Positions 8,826 to 18,365 of a stretch of 64,000 nt of DNA are shown piece by piece. The stretch's first letter is position 1; each line of letters begins with the position of its first letter. The translations under genes were made by a program, and so were the position numbers. The notes beneath the pieces are model-generated. The model saw nothing but the letters and a program-made list of their open reading frames with translations, was not told the origin of the DNA and searched no databases. Source of the stretch: Thermoanaerobaculia bacterium (lineage in GTDB: Bacteria > Acidobacteriota > Thermoanaerobaculia > Multivoradales > Multivoraceae); the NCBI GenBank assembly GCA_963664405.1, contig OY761158.1, forward strand, positions 128,001 to 192,000, given 5' to 3'.

Positions 8826-10187
8826 CTATCGAGCTACCCGCTGGCCCGTCGCCAGACTCCCCATCTTACGGCCGACCAACAAGGCCATCTCCAATGCCTG
8901 CTCGTAATTCAGCCGCGGATCGACCAAGCTCTTGTAAGCGCGGTTCAAGTCTGCTTCGGCCAAGCCTCTGGCCCCGCCGACACACTCCGTAACCGCTTCG
9001 CCTGTAAGCTCGAAATGCACCCCGCCAAGATAGCTTCCACTCGCTGCGTGAATGTCGAAGGCCCACTCCAACTCGGAGAGAATGTCGTCGAAACGTCGCG
9101 TTTTGAAACCGCTGGATGTCTGCTGCGTATTGCCGTGCATGGGGTCGCAGCACCACACGACGATCTTTCCAGCACCCTGTACTGCATCGATGAGCGGCGG
9201 AAGGCCGAGCGCGATCTCCTTCACGCCGAAGCGGTGAATAAGAGTAATCCTGCCCGGCTCGTTCTCGGGATTCAGAACGCCCAACAGCTGCAGCAACAAC
9301 TCGGAGTCCATGCTCGGTCCGACCTTGATCCCGATCGGGTTGCGGATTCCGCGGCAGTATTCGACATGGGAGCCACCGAGGGTGGCCGTCCGCATTCCGA
9401 TCCAGGGCATATGGGTCGCCAGGTTGTACCAACCCTCACGGCGAGGCACCTGGCGTGTCTGAGCCTGCTCGTAAGGGAGCAATAGGCCCTCGTGGCTGGC
9501 AAAGAAATCTACTCGACTCACCTCTCCCAGCTGCGCTCCCGCAAGGGTCTCCATGAACCGTAGCGAGTCGGCGATCGACTCCACCTTCTTCTGGTACTCG
9601 GCCGCATCGGGCGAGTGCTCGACGAAACCGAGATCCCAGTACTCCGGATGATGAAGATCCGCAAAGCCACCGTCGATCAGACCACGAATGAAATTCAGCG
9701 TCAGTGCCGCCTTCTCGTAGCCGCGGATCATGTTCCAGGGATCTGGACGGCGGTCCTCCGGAGTGAAGGGAGAGCGATTGATCAGATCTCCGCGGTAACT
9801 GGGCAGAGACACGCCGTCAATCTCCTCCATGTCTTCGGAGCGAGGCTTGGCGTACTGACCAGCAAAGCGGCCTACGCGGATCACCCTCTTTTTCGAGCTG
9901 TGAACCAGCACCAGGCTCATCTGCAGGAGGATCTTCAGCTTACTGGTGATCGACTCGGCGGTACAGTCCTCGAAATTCTCTGAACAGTCCCCTCCCTGGA
10001 GCATGAAGCGCTTCCCAGCCGCTGCCTCGGCGAGAAGGGATTTGAGATGCTCGACCTCCCAAGAGGTCACCAGAGGAGGGAGATGTGCGAGCTTCTCGAC
10101 AACGGTGTCCAACTCTGCGGGGTCGGCGTAGCCGGGCTGCTGCGCGGCCGGCAGGTCTTTCCACGATTCAGGTGTCCAAGTTCTCAT
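8826..10187 (-). CDS. Class II 3-deoxy-D-arabino-heptulosonate 7-phosphate synthase
   Basis: LQGGDCSE, GRFAGQYAKPRS, SYRGD, CDPMHGNT, DPRLN; alternative GTG start at 10211. Confidence 0.95.
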   Translation of the reverse strand: MRTWTPESWKDLPAAQQPGYADPAELDTVVEKLAHLPPLVTSWEVEHLKSLLAEAAAGKRFMLQGGDCSENFEDCTAESITSKLKILLQMSLVLVHSSKKRVIRVGRFAGQYAKPRSEDMEEIDGVSLPSYRGDLINRSPFTPEDRRPDPWNMIRGYEKAALTLNFIRGLIDGGFADLHHPEYWDLGFVEHSPDAAEYQKKVESIADSLRFMETLAGAQLGEVSRVDFFASHEGLLLPYEQAQTRQVPRREGWYNLATHMPWIGMRTATLGGSHVEYCRGIRNPIGIKVGPSMDSELLLQLLGVLNPENEPGRITLIHRFGVKEIALGLPPLIDAVQGAGKIVVWCCDPMHGNTQQTSSGFKTRRFDDILSELEWAFDIHAASGSYLGGVHFELTGEAVTECVGGARGLAEADLNRAYKSLVDPRLNYEQALEMALLVGRKMGSLATGQRVAR

Positions 10188-10267
10188 CGATTCTTCCCGA
10201 AGAAAAGACACCTATGTTAACACGGGTCGACTTCGGCGTCTCGTCCAGCGCAAGCACTCCCGTCCCC

Positions 10268-11038
10268 TCAACTCCTCTCAGCCGTCGAGACTTCCCGGCG
10301 CGAGTCTATCTCCAAATACCGCCCCAGCCACCTCGTACCGAGATAGAAAGGCACCGTGTCGAGGAGCGCCACCGAGAACTTGAAGACATAGCCGGTACCG
10401 ATGAAGACCCAGAGCTGTGGCCACAGGGCCGCCCCGCTCTCGACCGGTAGCGCGCCGGCGTAGAAGTGAGTGATCGTGATGACGGCAAAGGTGTCGACGA
10501 ACTGACTGACCATGGTCGAGCCATTGTTGCGGAGCCAGAGGTGTCGACCTCCAGTGAATCTCTTCCAGAAGTGGAAGAGTTGTACGTCCACCAACTGCGC
10601 GGCGAGGTAGGCAACCATCGACGCACCTACGGCTCCGAGTGTGAGACGACGGATCTCGAAGAACACCGGAAGCCGTCCGGCCACGTCGGGAGTCGCCTCG
10701 TCGAAGCCGGGAAGAGCTCCTCCGAGCCAGAGAATGAACACCAGCCAGATGTTCACCAAGAGGCCAACCAAGACCACCGAGTTGGCTCGTTTACGCCCGT
10801 ACAGCTCGGAAATGAAGTCGGTGCAGAGAAAGGTCAGGGGGTAAGGAAGTACACCGACTGCCAGAGGCATTGGGATCTCATGCCCGAAGAGGTTGATGCT
10901 GAGGTCGAGGAAACGGCTCACACCGAGAATGTTGAGCATCGTCATCGACCCCAAAAAGAGCCCGACGAGCACCAGGTACACGGCTTCACGCCGCGCCTGC
11001 AGCCGACTCAGCTCAATGGGATGGAGCTCCTCGGTCAC
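10268..11038 (-). CDS. yhhQ: Queuosine precursor transporter (VUT/YhhQ family)
   Basis: YPLTFLCTDFISELYG, SMVAYLAAQLVDV, WLRNNGSTMVSQFVDT. Confidence 0.9.
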   Translation of the reverse strand: MTEELHPIELSRLQARREAVYLVLVGLFLGSMTMLNILGVSRFLDLSINLFGHEIPMPLAVGVLPYPLTFLCTDFISELYGRKRANSVVLVGLLVNIWLVFILWLGGALPGFDEATPDVAGRLPVFFEIRRLTLGAVGASMVAYLAAQLVDVQLFHFWKRFTGGRHLWLRNNGSTMVSQFVDTFAVITITHFYAGALPVESGAALWPQLWVFIGTGYVFKFSVALLDTVPFYLGTRWLGRYLEIDSRREVSTAERS

Positions 11039-11049
11039 GATCGCGAAGG

Positions 11050-11078
11050 AGAATACGAGAGGCGGGGCGGGAGGTCAA
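11050..11078 (-). promoter_or_regulatory. Sigma70-type promoter for yhhQ
   Basis: Minus strand TTGACC-17 nt-TATTCT, ending 11 nt upstream of the GTG start. Confidence 0.6.
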
Positions 11079-11164
11079 AATCTGCCACTACCCGTCCCCT
11101 ACGGAGTGCTAACATCGCCAACGCCCAAGCCGAAAGAAAGGAACCCGCGGAGGTCCATCGGAAA

Positions 11165-11662
11165 ATGCCGATCTACGAGTTCTATTGCGAGTCCTGCAAC
11201 GCCCTCTTCAGTTTCTTCTCGACCACATCTTCCTTGCCCCGCCATCCCGATTGCCCCCGCTGTGGCTCGAAGGACCTCCCTAAGCGCCCCTCCTCCTTCG
11301 CCACTCTCAAGCACCGAGAGGACGAGGAACAATCGCCTTTCGAGGGTCTCGACGAAAACCGTATGGAGGGCGCAATGGATACTTTGATGAGGGAGATGGG
11401 AGATCTCGGCGAAGACGCCGACCCTGGCCAGGTAGGAGCTTTCTTTCGGCGCTTCGGTGATCTCTCCGGCCTCGAGATGGGGCCTCGGATGGAGGAGGCC
11501 CTCGCTCGAATGGAAGCGGGCGAGGATATGGACGCTCTCGAGGCCGAGTTCGACGACCTGGGGGACGAAGATTCCCTCGATGACCTCTTTCGTCTGAAGA
11601 AGGCCGGGCAACAGCGGCGGCGGCCGCGGCCCGAAGTCGACTCAGAGCTCTACTTTCTCTAG
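11165..11662 (+). CDS. FmdB-family zinc-ribbon protein with acidic C-terminal extension
   Basis: MPIYEFYCESC...CPRCGS; start placed at ATG 11165 within ORF 10466..11662. Confidence 0.85.
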   Translation: MPIYEFYCESCNALFSFFSTTSSLPRHPDCPRCGSKDLPKRPSSFATLKHREDEEQSPFEGLDENRMEGAMDTLMREMGDLGEDADPGQVGAFFRRFGDLSGLEMGPRMEEALARMEAGEDMDALEAEFDDLGDEDSLDDLFRLKKAGQQRRRPRPEVDSELYFL

Positions 11663-11673
11663 GCCTGAGAAGG

Positions 11674-12705
11674 ATGGGCAGAGACAAGATCGGTATCGTC
11701 TCGATGGGAATTGCGCTACCCGAGCGCGTCTTCGAGAACGATGACTGGAGTCAGTACGTCGAGACTTCGGACGATTGGATTCGCTCTCGTACCGGGATCG
11801 AGCGACGCCGAGTCGCCGCTGACGACGAGACCACAGCGACACTGGCGACCGAGGCAGCTCGCCAAGCACTCGTTGACGGCCACCTGTCGGCGAGCGAGAT
11901 CGACGAGATCATCGTCGCAACGGACACTCCGGAGGTGCCCTTTCCCGACACCGCCTGCTTCGTCCAACATCAACTCGGCGCTCGCGAAGTACCCGCTTTC
12001 ACCCTCGGTGGAAGCGGATGTGCGGGATTCATCCAAGCTCTAGAGATCGCCAGGTCTCGGGTTGCCTTCCACAACGGGCGGGTGCTTGTCATAGGGGTCG
12101 AGCTACTCACTCGCATCATGGATTGGCGGAACCGCGACACTTGCGTCCTCTTCGGCGACGCGGCAGGTGCCGTAGTCGTAACGGCCGGCACGCCGCGAGC
12201 CGAAATTCTGACCACGAGCTGCGGCACCGACGGCTCAAAGATCGACATTCTCAAACTCGAGGTCGGAGGTACCCGATCTCCCATCACCGCCGAACGGGTT
12301 CAGGCGCGCGAGCATCTCCATATCGAGATGAACGGGGGAGAGGTATTTCGGCACGCCGTCACACGGATGGCCCAGGCCTGCAACGACGTCCTCGACCGGC
12401 AGGGACTTTCCTTGAGCGACGTCGACCTGGTGATTCCCCACCAGGCGAACCTACGCATCATCCACGCCGTTGCCAAGAAGCTAGGGGTGTCTATGGACAA
12501 GGTCTTCACCAATGTCCAGAACTACGGGAACACCGGCTCGGCATCGGTCCCCCTCGCTCTTTTCGAAGCTGAGCGCTGCGGAGCCTTGGCTCCCGGCGCA
12601 ACCCTTCTTCTCACCGCCTTTGGAGCCGGTTTTCACTGGGCAGCTGCCGCGCTTCGCTATAACGGTAGACAAAACACGAGCACCCAGGGAGATCCGCCTT
12701 GCTGA
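11674..12705 (+). CDS. fabH: Beta-ketoacyl-ACP synthase III
   Basis: TSDDWIRSRTGI, GCAGF (Cys), LFGDAAGA, PHQAN (His), YGNTGSAS (Asn). Confidence 0.93.
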   Translation: MGRDKIGIVSMGIALPERVFENDDWSQYVETSDDWIRSRTGIERRRVAADDETTATLATEAARQALVDGHLSASEIDEIIVATDTPEVPFPDTACFVQHQLGAREVPAFTLGGSGCAGFIQALEIARSRVAFHNGRVLVIGVELLTRIMDWRNRDTCVLFGDAAGAVVVTAGTPRAEILTTSCGTDGSKIDILKLEVGGTRSPITAERVQAREHLHIEMNGGEVFRHAVTRMAQACNDVLDRQGLSLSDVDLVIPHQANLRIIHAVAKKLGVSMDKVFTNVQNYGNTGSASVPLALFEAERCGALAPGATLLLTAFGAGFHWAAAALRYNGRQNTSTQGDPPC

Positions 12706-13160
12706 AATCGCTTCAAGACTTCTTTGAACGGCATATCTCTTTTCCTCGAGACGCCGAGGACGAGCTCACCGAGCAACCGATCCAGCTTGCCACTGCCGCC
12801 CTCTTCATCGAGATGACCCGCGCCGACTTCGAGGTAACAGAGGAGGAGCTGAAAAGCATCGAGAACGAGGTCCGCGCCACCTTCGGCCTCGACCAAGACC
12901 AAAGCCACGAGCTTCTAGAGCTCGCCAAGTCGGAAACCTCCGAATCGGTCGAGCTCTTTCAGTTCACCCGCCTCATCGACCGCGAATTCACTCCGAACGA
13001 GAAGTGCGATCTGGTCGAGCGCCTGTGGCGAATCGCTCTCGCTGACGACCATATCGACCGCTACGAGGAACATCTGGTACGCAAGATCGCCAACCTGCTT
13101 CACGTCCCACACCGAGACTTCATCGAAGCAAAGAAGCGCGCAAAGTCGGCCTCCGCGTAG
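12699..13160 (+). CDS. TerB-family (tellurite resistance-like) protein
   Basis: LATAALFIEMTRAD, LFQFTRLI, LWRIALADDHIDRYEEHLVRKIA; overlaps the fabH end. Confidence 0.88.
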   Translation: MLKSLQDFFERHISFPRDAEDELTEQPIQLATAALFIEMTRADFEVTEEELKSIENEVRATFGLDQDQSHELLELAKSETSESVELFQFTRLIDREFTPNEKCDLVERLWRIALADDHIDRYEEHLVRKIANLLHVPHRDFIEAKKRAKSASA

Positions 13161-13210
13161 CGGCGGCGGCCATCTTCGTTGTCACAAGGCCGGCGTCGGG
13201 TGCGGCGGCT

Positions 13211-14653
13211 CTACTGCTGAGGGGCGCCTGCCCAAGGTATACCCCAAGCCCGCAGACTGCGCAGGTCTCTCGCGAGCATTCGCGGAGCCGGGGCGGCAGC
13301 CTCCACGCTCCACGGGGGTGGAAATACTCGCTCCTGCTGCAGGAGAGCTCGGAGGTCTGCCTTCCCCACCGGCGCGTCATCGACGGGTGACGCAGAGTCG
13401 ATCGACCAGCTCACGAAGATCTCCTCCTCGCCGCCGCTGCACTCGGGAGCTCGGCCGAAGCTGGACCTCCACCCCTCGAAGAGAGACGCGAGACCACCAG
13501 AGCCCTCCGACCTCAGAGCCGCCGCTCGAAGCCGATCGTAATCGGGGTGGGCTGGGGCGAAGTGGCACCTCCAACGGAGCTGTGAGCCTCGCGTCACCAC
13601 GCTCAGTTCGTGGTAGCCGTTACCAAAATACAGTTCTGAGAGTGCCGGAGCCTCCACATCATGGAGGAGGCTGGGGGCGGCGGCCGGCACGGCCCGGCCC
13701 CCGCTGAGCTCCAGAACCGTCGCGAAGACCCGAGACTGCGCCACGACCTCACTCCCCTCTACCGCCAGCCTCTCCCTCCACTCCAGCGGCAACCGTAGCA
13801 AGAGAGGAACCTCCAAGCGCTCTCGCGACAACGCCCCCAGATCGGGCAGAAGCTCACCGTCAGATCCGAACGGGTCCCCGTGATCAGCAGTCACCACAAG
13901 CAGACTCCGGTTCCACTGGCCGCTCTTGCGCAGAGCCTCCAGCAGACGGGCGAGGTAGGTATCCGCCTGTTGAACACCCTCGAGATAGAGACCTCTATGG
14001 ACCTCGGGAACGGGCTCAGGTACCGCCGCCACCTGCGCAGCGTCCCCGAGGTCTCGATAGGCGACGCGAGGTGGCGTCAGCTGTATCCAGGTCAGCGAGG
14101 GTCCGGACCCGAGCTCCTCCAGAGCGCGCACCGCCGAGCGGATGCGGCGCAGAGGGCGCACGACTTCGAAGCCGCGGCCGAAACCGAGCTGATCGATCCA
14201 TTGGGCAGAGTGAAAAAGTCGAGTCTCGAAGCCGAGACCATGCAGCTCCTCCGCGAGGGTTCGAACCTCCCGGCGGAACCGGGCCGGGCCGGGATGTGAG
14301 ACACCGTGGAGGGCCACCGGCAGGCCGGTGAAGAGAGACGCCAGGCTCGCGCCGGTCCAATCTGCGCTGGCGACGGCTCGGCCGGACCAGGAAGAATCTC
14401 CGCGCAGCCGGTCGAGATGAGCCATCACCGTCTCAGAATCACTCCCACTTGCGACGTCGGCGCCGAGAGCCGAGAAGGTGATGACGACCACCGGGCCGCG
14501 GAAGGAGACTTGGTCCCCCCTGTCGGTCGAGCCACACCCTATAAACATGGCGGCCAGAGCGAGAACGGCGACCGGGGCCGGGGCGCGACACACCATCAGA
14601 GCGAGCTCACCTTCAGCTGAGTCTGAAGTCCGCGATGATCGGAACGTGGTCAC
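13211..14653 (-). CDS. Degenerate sulfatase-like lipoprotein
   Basis: FIGC lipobox; PVVVITFSALGAD, WTGASLASLFTG, VTADHGD, LRAWG C-terminus; start uncertain. Confidence 0.7.
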   Translation of the reverse strand: MTTFRSSRTSDSAEGELALMVCRAPAPVAVLALAAMFIGCGSTDRGDQVSFRGPVVVITFSALGADVASGSDSETVMAHLDRLRGDSSWSGRAVASADWTGASLASLFTGLPVALHGVSHPGPARFRREVRTLAEELHGLGFETRLFHSAQWIDQLGFGRGFEVVRPLRRIRSAVRALEELGSGPSLTWIQLTPPRVAYRDLGDAAQVAAVPEPVPEVHRGLYLEGVQQADTYLARLLEALRKSGQWNRSLLVVTADHGDPFGSDGELLPDLGALSRERLEVPLLLRLPLEWRERLAVEGSEVVAQSRVFATVLELSGGRAVPAAAPSLLHDVEAPALSELYFGNGYHELSVVTRGSQLRWRCHFAPAHPDYDRLRAAALRSEGSGGLASLFEGWRSSFGRAPECSGGEEEIFVSWSIDSASPVDDAPVGKADLRALLQQERVFPPPWSVEAAAPAPRMLARDLRSLRAWGIPWAGAPQQ

Positions 14654-15353
14654 TCGCCACCTTGGAAACAGACAGTCTGCACCGCCGCGCCCGCACCAGA
14701 CGCAGGTCCCTGTAGTAAAGGCGATCGAGAGCCCCTCGGGGTGAGAAAGAGGGGTAGGTTCTCATTGCGTGGCTCCAGCGGCTCCTTCCCTCGGTCGCCA
14801 GTTGAAAGTGGAAGACTTCGGTGAAGATGGGTCTCAAGCGAGACCGCCAATCATTGAAGTCGCCGCCGGCAATGCTGGGCGAGCCGCTCAGCAGGCCAGG
14901 AAACTCCTCGGAGCGGACCAATCGGCCCGTTTGCGTCTCTCGCTCCCGCGCCGACAGGCCTAGGTGAAGATTGAAGACCTCTATCATCCGCCTTTGGTCG
15001 CCGTCGCTGAGCTCGATCGTAGTGTGCAGAGCTCCTCGACCCTTCTTCTTTTCAACCGTGAGGTCGATATTGCGCTGAGCGAGAATGGGGAAGCGACTGA
15101 GTGTGGCATTACCGTAGGAGCCCTTGCGCAGACGCACGTTCTTGCCCATTGCGAAATATTCGAAGCCGGCACCGTCCGCGAGCACGCGAGCCAGATCGAG
15201 CTCGCGGGAACGAGGAACTCCAACGTCCACCTCCTGTAGGAGAGCGATATCCGGCCGATAGAAGGTGAGGATGTTCTCGATCCGTTCGGGCCGGAACAGA
15301 CGGTCGACACCGATCGCGCGATGAATGTTGTAAGTGAGAACGCGAAACTTCAT
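14613..15353 (-). CDS. Endonuclease/exonuclease/phosphatase (EEP) family protein
   Basis: VLTYNIH, LLQEVD, GNATLSR, NLHL, GGDFNDW, LDR, ASDHVP; start at ATG 15353. Confidence 0.92.
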   Translation of the reverse strand: MKFRVLTYNIHRAIGVDRLFRPERIENILTFYRPDIALLQEVDVGVPRSRELDLARVLADGAGFEYFAMGKNVRLRKGSYGNATLSRFPILAQRNIDLTVEKKKGRGALHTTIELSDGDQRRMIEVFNLHLGLSARERETQTGRLVRSEEFPGLLSGSPSIAGGDFNDWRSRLRPIFTEVFHFQLATEGRSRWSHAMRTYPSFSPRGALDRLYYRDLRLVRARRCRLSVSKVASDHVPIIADFRLS

Positions 15354-15427
15354 GGCAGCTTCTTCCGGACACGACCAACTGGCTGCGCCGGCCGAACAAG
15401 GTCTCAGAGATTCTGGGGTGGTCCTCG

Positions 15428-17134
15428 CTAGCGGTACGGTGTATGAGTACGGGAGAAGTACTCGCGGGTCATCTTCGCGGTCGGTCCTGCCAGCAATACC
15501 AGCGTGAGCAGGTTGGGCAGTGCCATCAATCCGAGGGCAACATCGCCGAAGTCCCACACGGTCTGAAGAGGCAGGAGTGAGCCTAGAAAGAAGAACCCGA
15601 TATAGGCCCAGCGATAGTAGCGGACTGCCCCGGGTCCAAAGAGGTACTCGGTAGCCCGATCACCATAGTAGGACCAGGAAATAGCGGTGGACACGGCAAA
15701 GAGCAGGACCGCCAGCGTGACAATCAGGCTTCCACCATCCCCCGGTAGACCCGCCTGGAAGCCCAATGCAGTGAGCGGGGAGCTGGTGAGCAGCGCCCGG
15801 CCCTCGATCTGCAGCCTGGCGCCATCGACGGCGCTGACCTCGCCCCCCGCGGCGCCAATCTCGAGTATTCCGCTCCAGGGTCTCCCCTCTTGATCCACTA
15901 CGCGCGCGTCCTCGATCACCGCGTTCAGGTAAACGAAGGCGGCGCCGGCAACCTCTCCGTCTTGCACCGACACCGTCAGCGCTTCCGAGCGAGACTTCCG
16001 CTCTCGCCACAATCGCTCCAGATCGGCGTCGAGGGGAGCCGAGGCCAGAACGGCTTCGACCGCCCCCGTCGAAAGTCTCTGGTCGACCTTTTCGCGCCAC
16101 GCACCGCTAACCAGAATCACCAACCCCGTCATCGAGCAGATCACCAGCGTATCGATAAAGGGACCCAGAGAGGCAACAAGCCCCTCTCGGACCGGCTCGC
16201 TGGTCTTAGCCGCTGCGTGCGCGATCGGCGCACTCCCCTGGCCCGCTTCGTTGCTGAAGAGGCCGCGCCTTATCCCCCACATGAGGGTGATCAGGAAGGA
16301 CCCTACCGCGCCTCCGACCAGCGGCTCCGGAGCAAAAGCCTGCTCGAAGATGAGCAGAAAGGCGCCAGGGACCTCGCGCCACTGCAGGAGCAAAATGAAG
16401 GCCGCCGCGCCAACGTAGAGCAAGGCCATGAAAGGAGCGAGGACGGCGGTGACCCGGCCGATCCTCCTTATTCCGCCGATGATCACGAGGCCGACGACCG
16501 CCGCAAAGACCAGCGCGGTCACCACCGGCGGTACGCCGAACTCGCTCTCCACTTGCACCGCCATGGTATTCGCCTGATTCATGTTGCCAGTGGCGAAAGA
16601 ACAGATCACGGTAAAAACGGCAAAGCTCCAAGCCATCCAACGGGCCCAGGGACCGAGTCCCATCTCCATGTAATACATCGGCCCACCCGAAACCGACCCA
16701 TCCGGGTGCACTTTGCGATAAGCGAGTGCAAGAGTGCACTCGGCGTACTTCAGGGCCATTCCGAAGAAAGCCGTGACCCACATCCAGAAGAGAGCGCCGG
16801 GCCCACCGAGCCGGATCGCGATCGCCACACCAGCGATATTTCCAATGCCCACGGTCGCCGACAGGGCGGTGGTCAGCGCCTGGTAGTGCTTGAGGTCACC
16901 CGGTTCATTCGGGTCGTCGAAGCGCCCCCTGGCGATGTCGATAGCGTGCCTGAAGCCTCGAACCTGGATGAATCCAAAGCGCAAGGTCACGTAGAAGCCC
17001 GTGCCCAGAAGCACGATCGCGAACAGCGGCGCCTGCGGCGGCCAATTCAGGACCCAGCTGTTCAGAAAGCTATTGATCGGGGTGAGGAAGACGCTGACTG
17101 TGTCAGAGATCCATTGCGCGATGCTCTCGAGCAT
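15428..17134 (-). CDS. Sodium:alanine/glycine symporter (AGCS family) with soluble insertion
   Basis: ALSATVGIGNIAGVA, GGPGALFWMW, GGPMYY, GLFSNEAGQGSAP, DTLVICSMTG; RBS before ATG 17134. Confidence 0.93.
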   Translation of the reverse strand: MLESIAQWISDTVSVFLTPINSFLNSWVLNWPPQAPLFAIVLLGTGFYVTLRFGFIQVRGFRHAIDIARGRFDDPNEPGDLKHYQALTTALSATVGIGNIAGVAIAIRLGGPGALFWMWVTAFFGMALKYAECTLALAYRKVHPDGSVSGGPMYYMEMGLGPWARWMAWSFAVFTVICSFATGNMNQANTMAVQVESEFGVPPVVTALVFAAVVGLVIIGGIRRIGRVTAVLAPFMALLYVGAAAFILLLQWREVPGAFLLIFEQAFAPEPLVGGAVGSFLITLMWGIRRGLFSNEAGQGSAPIAHAAAKTSEPVREGLVASLGPFIDTLVICSMTGLVILVSGAWREKVDQRLSTGAVEAVLASAPLDADLERLWRERKSRSEALTVSVQDGEVAGAAFVYLNAVIEDARVVDQEGRPWSGILEIGAAGGEVSAVDGARLQIEGRALLTSSPLTALGFQAGLPGDGGSLIVTLAVLLFAVSTAISWSYYGDRATEYLFGPGAVRYYRWAYIGFFFLGSLLPLQTVWDFGDVALGLMALPNLLTLVLLAGPTAKMTREYFSRTHTPYR

Positions 17135-17272
17135 AAGCTCCTCGTCTCCTCGAAAATGGGGGTCGCAGCCGAGCCGGTACTGTAACAAAAGGTCTGTCCC
17201 CTTCAGCGCCCCCCTCTCTTAGGCGGCTCCCCGGCTTCGAGGCGGCACCCAGAACCGGCCCTGGCGTCTTAG

Positions 17273-18343
17273 CTACCCCGGCAGCGCAGCCGCCAGCGCA
17301 TGAAAGCGCCGGCGCCACGAGTTCGAGTCTCTCTCCAGTTGGCGACGATGGGCAACAAGACTGTAGATCCGATTACGCTCCTGATCGATCCAGAGGCTGG
17401 TCCCGGTGAAGCCAACGTGGCCGAAGGCAGCGGCCGAGAGCGCCGGTCCAGCCGAGCCTCGGACACGTCTCCTGGCCCAGCCCATTGCCCAGGGAGCCCC
17501 GCCGCTGATTGCTCGAAGAGCCTCCTGTGGTGGAAGCAGCGAGGCGCTGCCGTTGACCGTATCGAGCCAGACACGACCAAGGCCGAGTAGCCCCATTGTC
17601 GTGACGAAGAGCCCCGCATGCCCGGCCAGTCCACCGAGGAACCTGGCATTACCGTCCTGCGGTTGGCCCAGATCGGGGCCCCCTCGAGGAGCGATGGAAA
17701 TGCCCTGCTCGGCACCGAGCTCGACCTCTCGCCCGTTGCCGCACAGGCAGCGCACGACATCCAGCTCACGCCCTGGCATCTTGGCTACCCCCTCGATGCC
17801 AAGGGGCTTCAAGGCGCGCTCCTGCAGGAGATCCCAGAGGCTCGCCCCCAGGACGCGCTCGGCCGAAAAGCCCCAGAGCGCATAGTCGAGATCGGAGTAG
17901 GTGCCCGGAGCTGCTCCGCAGAGCTTCCCGCTCACGAGAAGCCGCTCGGCACTCGCTTGGGAGCGGCATCGACGGTAGAGCGGAGTCCAAGGCCGCAGTC
18001 CCGCCCGGTGCCTGAGAAGATCCTCCACTCTCTTCCTCGCCAGGTGCGGCGAGCAGCCCGGCCAGATGTCGCCAAGATTGCTGTCGAGCGGCATCGAGCC
18101 ATCCTGGTGCAGCCGCAGCGCCAAGGTGGCCATGAACGGCTTGGTGAGAGACGCCGCGTCAAAGAGAGTCGTGGGTGAGATGCCAATGCCCTCGGTATCC
18201 GCATCGACACTCTCGAAAGCCAAGGTTTCGGCCCCGCTCGATACCGATGCCGCAGCCGCCGAGATGCCCCCGCAGTCCCGCCAATTGTCGAGGAGCTCGC
18301 GGAGGGTCGAGCCTGATGCGCCGTTGAACGAGCCGCCCTTCAG
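17273..18343 (-). CDS. Serine hydrolase, beta-lactamase/AmiE/EstB-like
   Basis: FDAASLTK (SxxK), LLRHRAG, YSD, GLAGHAGLF, GHVGFTGTS; start uncertain (CTG 18343 after AAAGGAG). Confidence 0.85.
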   Translation of the reverse strand: MKGGSFNGASGSTLRELLDNWRDCGGISAAAASVSSGAETLAFESVDADTEGIGISPTTLFDAASLTKPFMATLALRLHQDGSMPLDSNLGDIWPGCSPHLARKRVEDLLRHRAGLRPWTPLYRRCRSQASAERLLVSGKLCGAAPGTYSDLDYALWGFSAERVLGASLWDLLQERALKPLGIEGVAKMPGRELDVVRCLCGNGREVELGAEQGISIAPRGGPDLGQPQDGNARFLGGLAGHAGLFVTTMGLLGLGRVWLDTVNGSASLLPPQEALRAISGGAPWAMGWARRRVRGSAGPALSAAAFGHVGFTGTSLWIDQERNRIYSLVAHRRQLERDSNSWRRRFHALAAALPG

Positions 18344-18365
18344 AGTGGGACTCCTTTCCTGCGCC

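Noticed and set aside
10466-11164. N-terminal extensions in the ORF track (398-aa FmdB ORF; likewise for rnc, gpsA, ybeY, fabZ, phoH, serine hydrolase)
   Set aside because: The extensions overlap neighbouring real genes, and family similarity starts at downstream starts with better RBS/promoter context.
11039-11165. preQ1 riboswitch upstream of yhhQ
   Set aside because: No recognisable preQ1 stem/A-rich tail, and the predicted promoter leaves almost no leader.
8826-12705. Secondary-metabolite cluster around the class II DAHP synthase and FabH
   Set aside because: No chorismate-utilising, PKS/NRPS, ACP or tailoring genes are adjacent, and the two genes are in divergent units.
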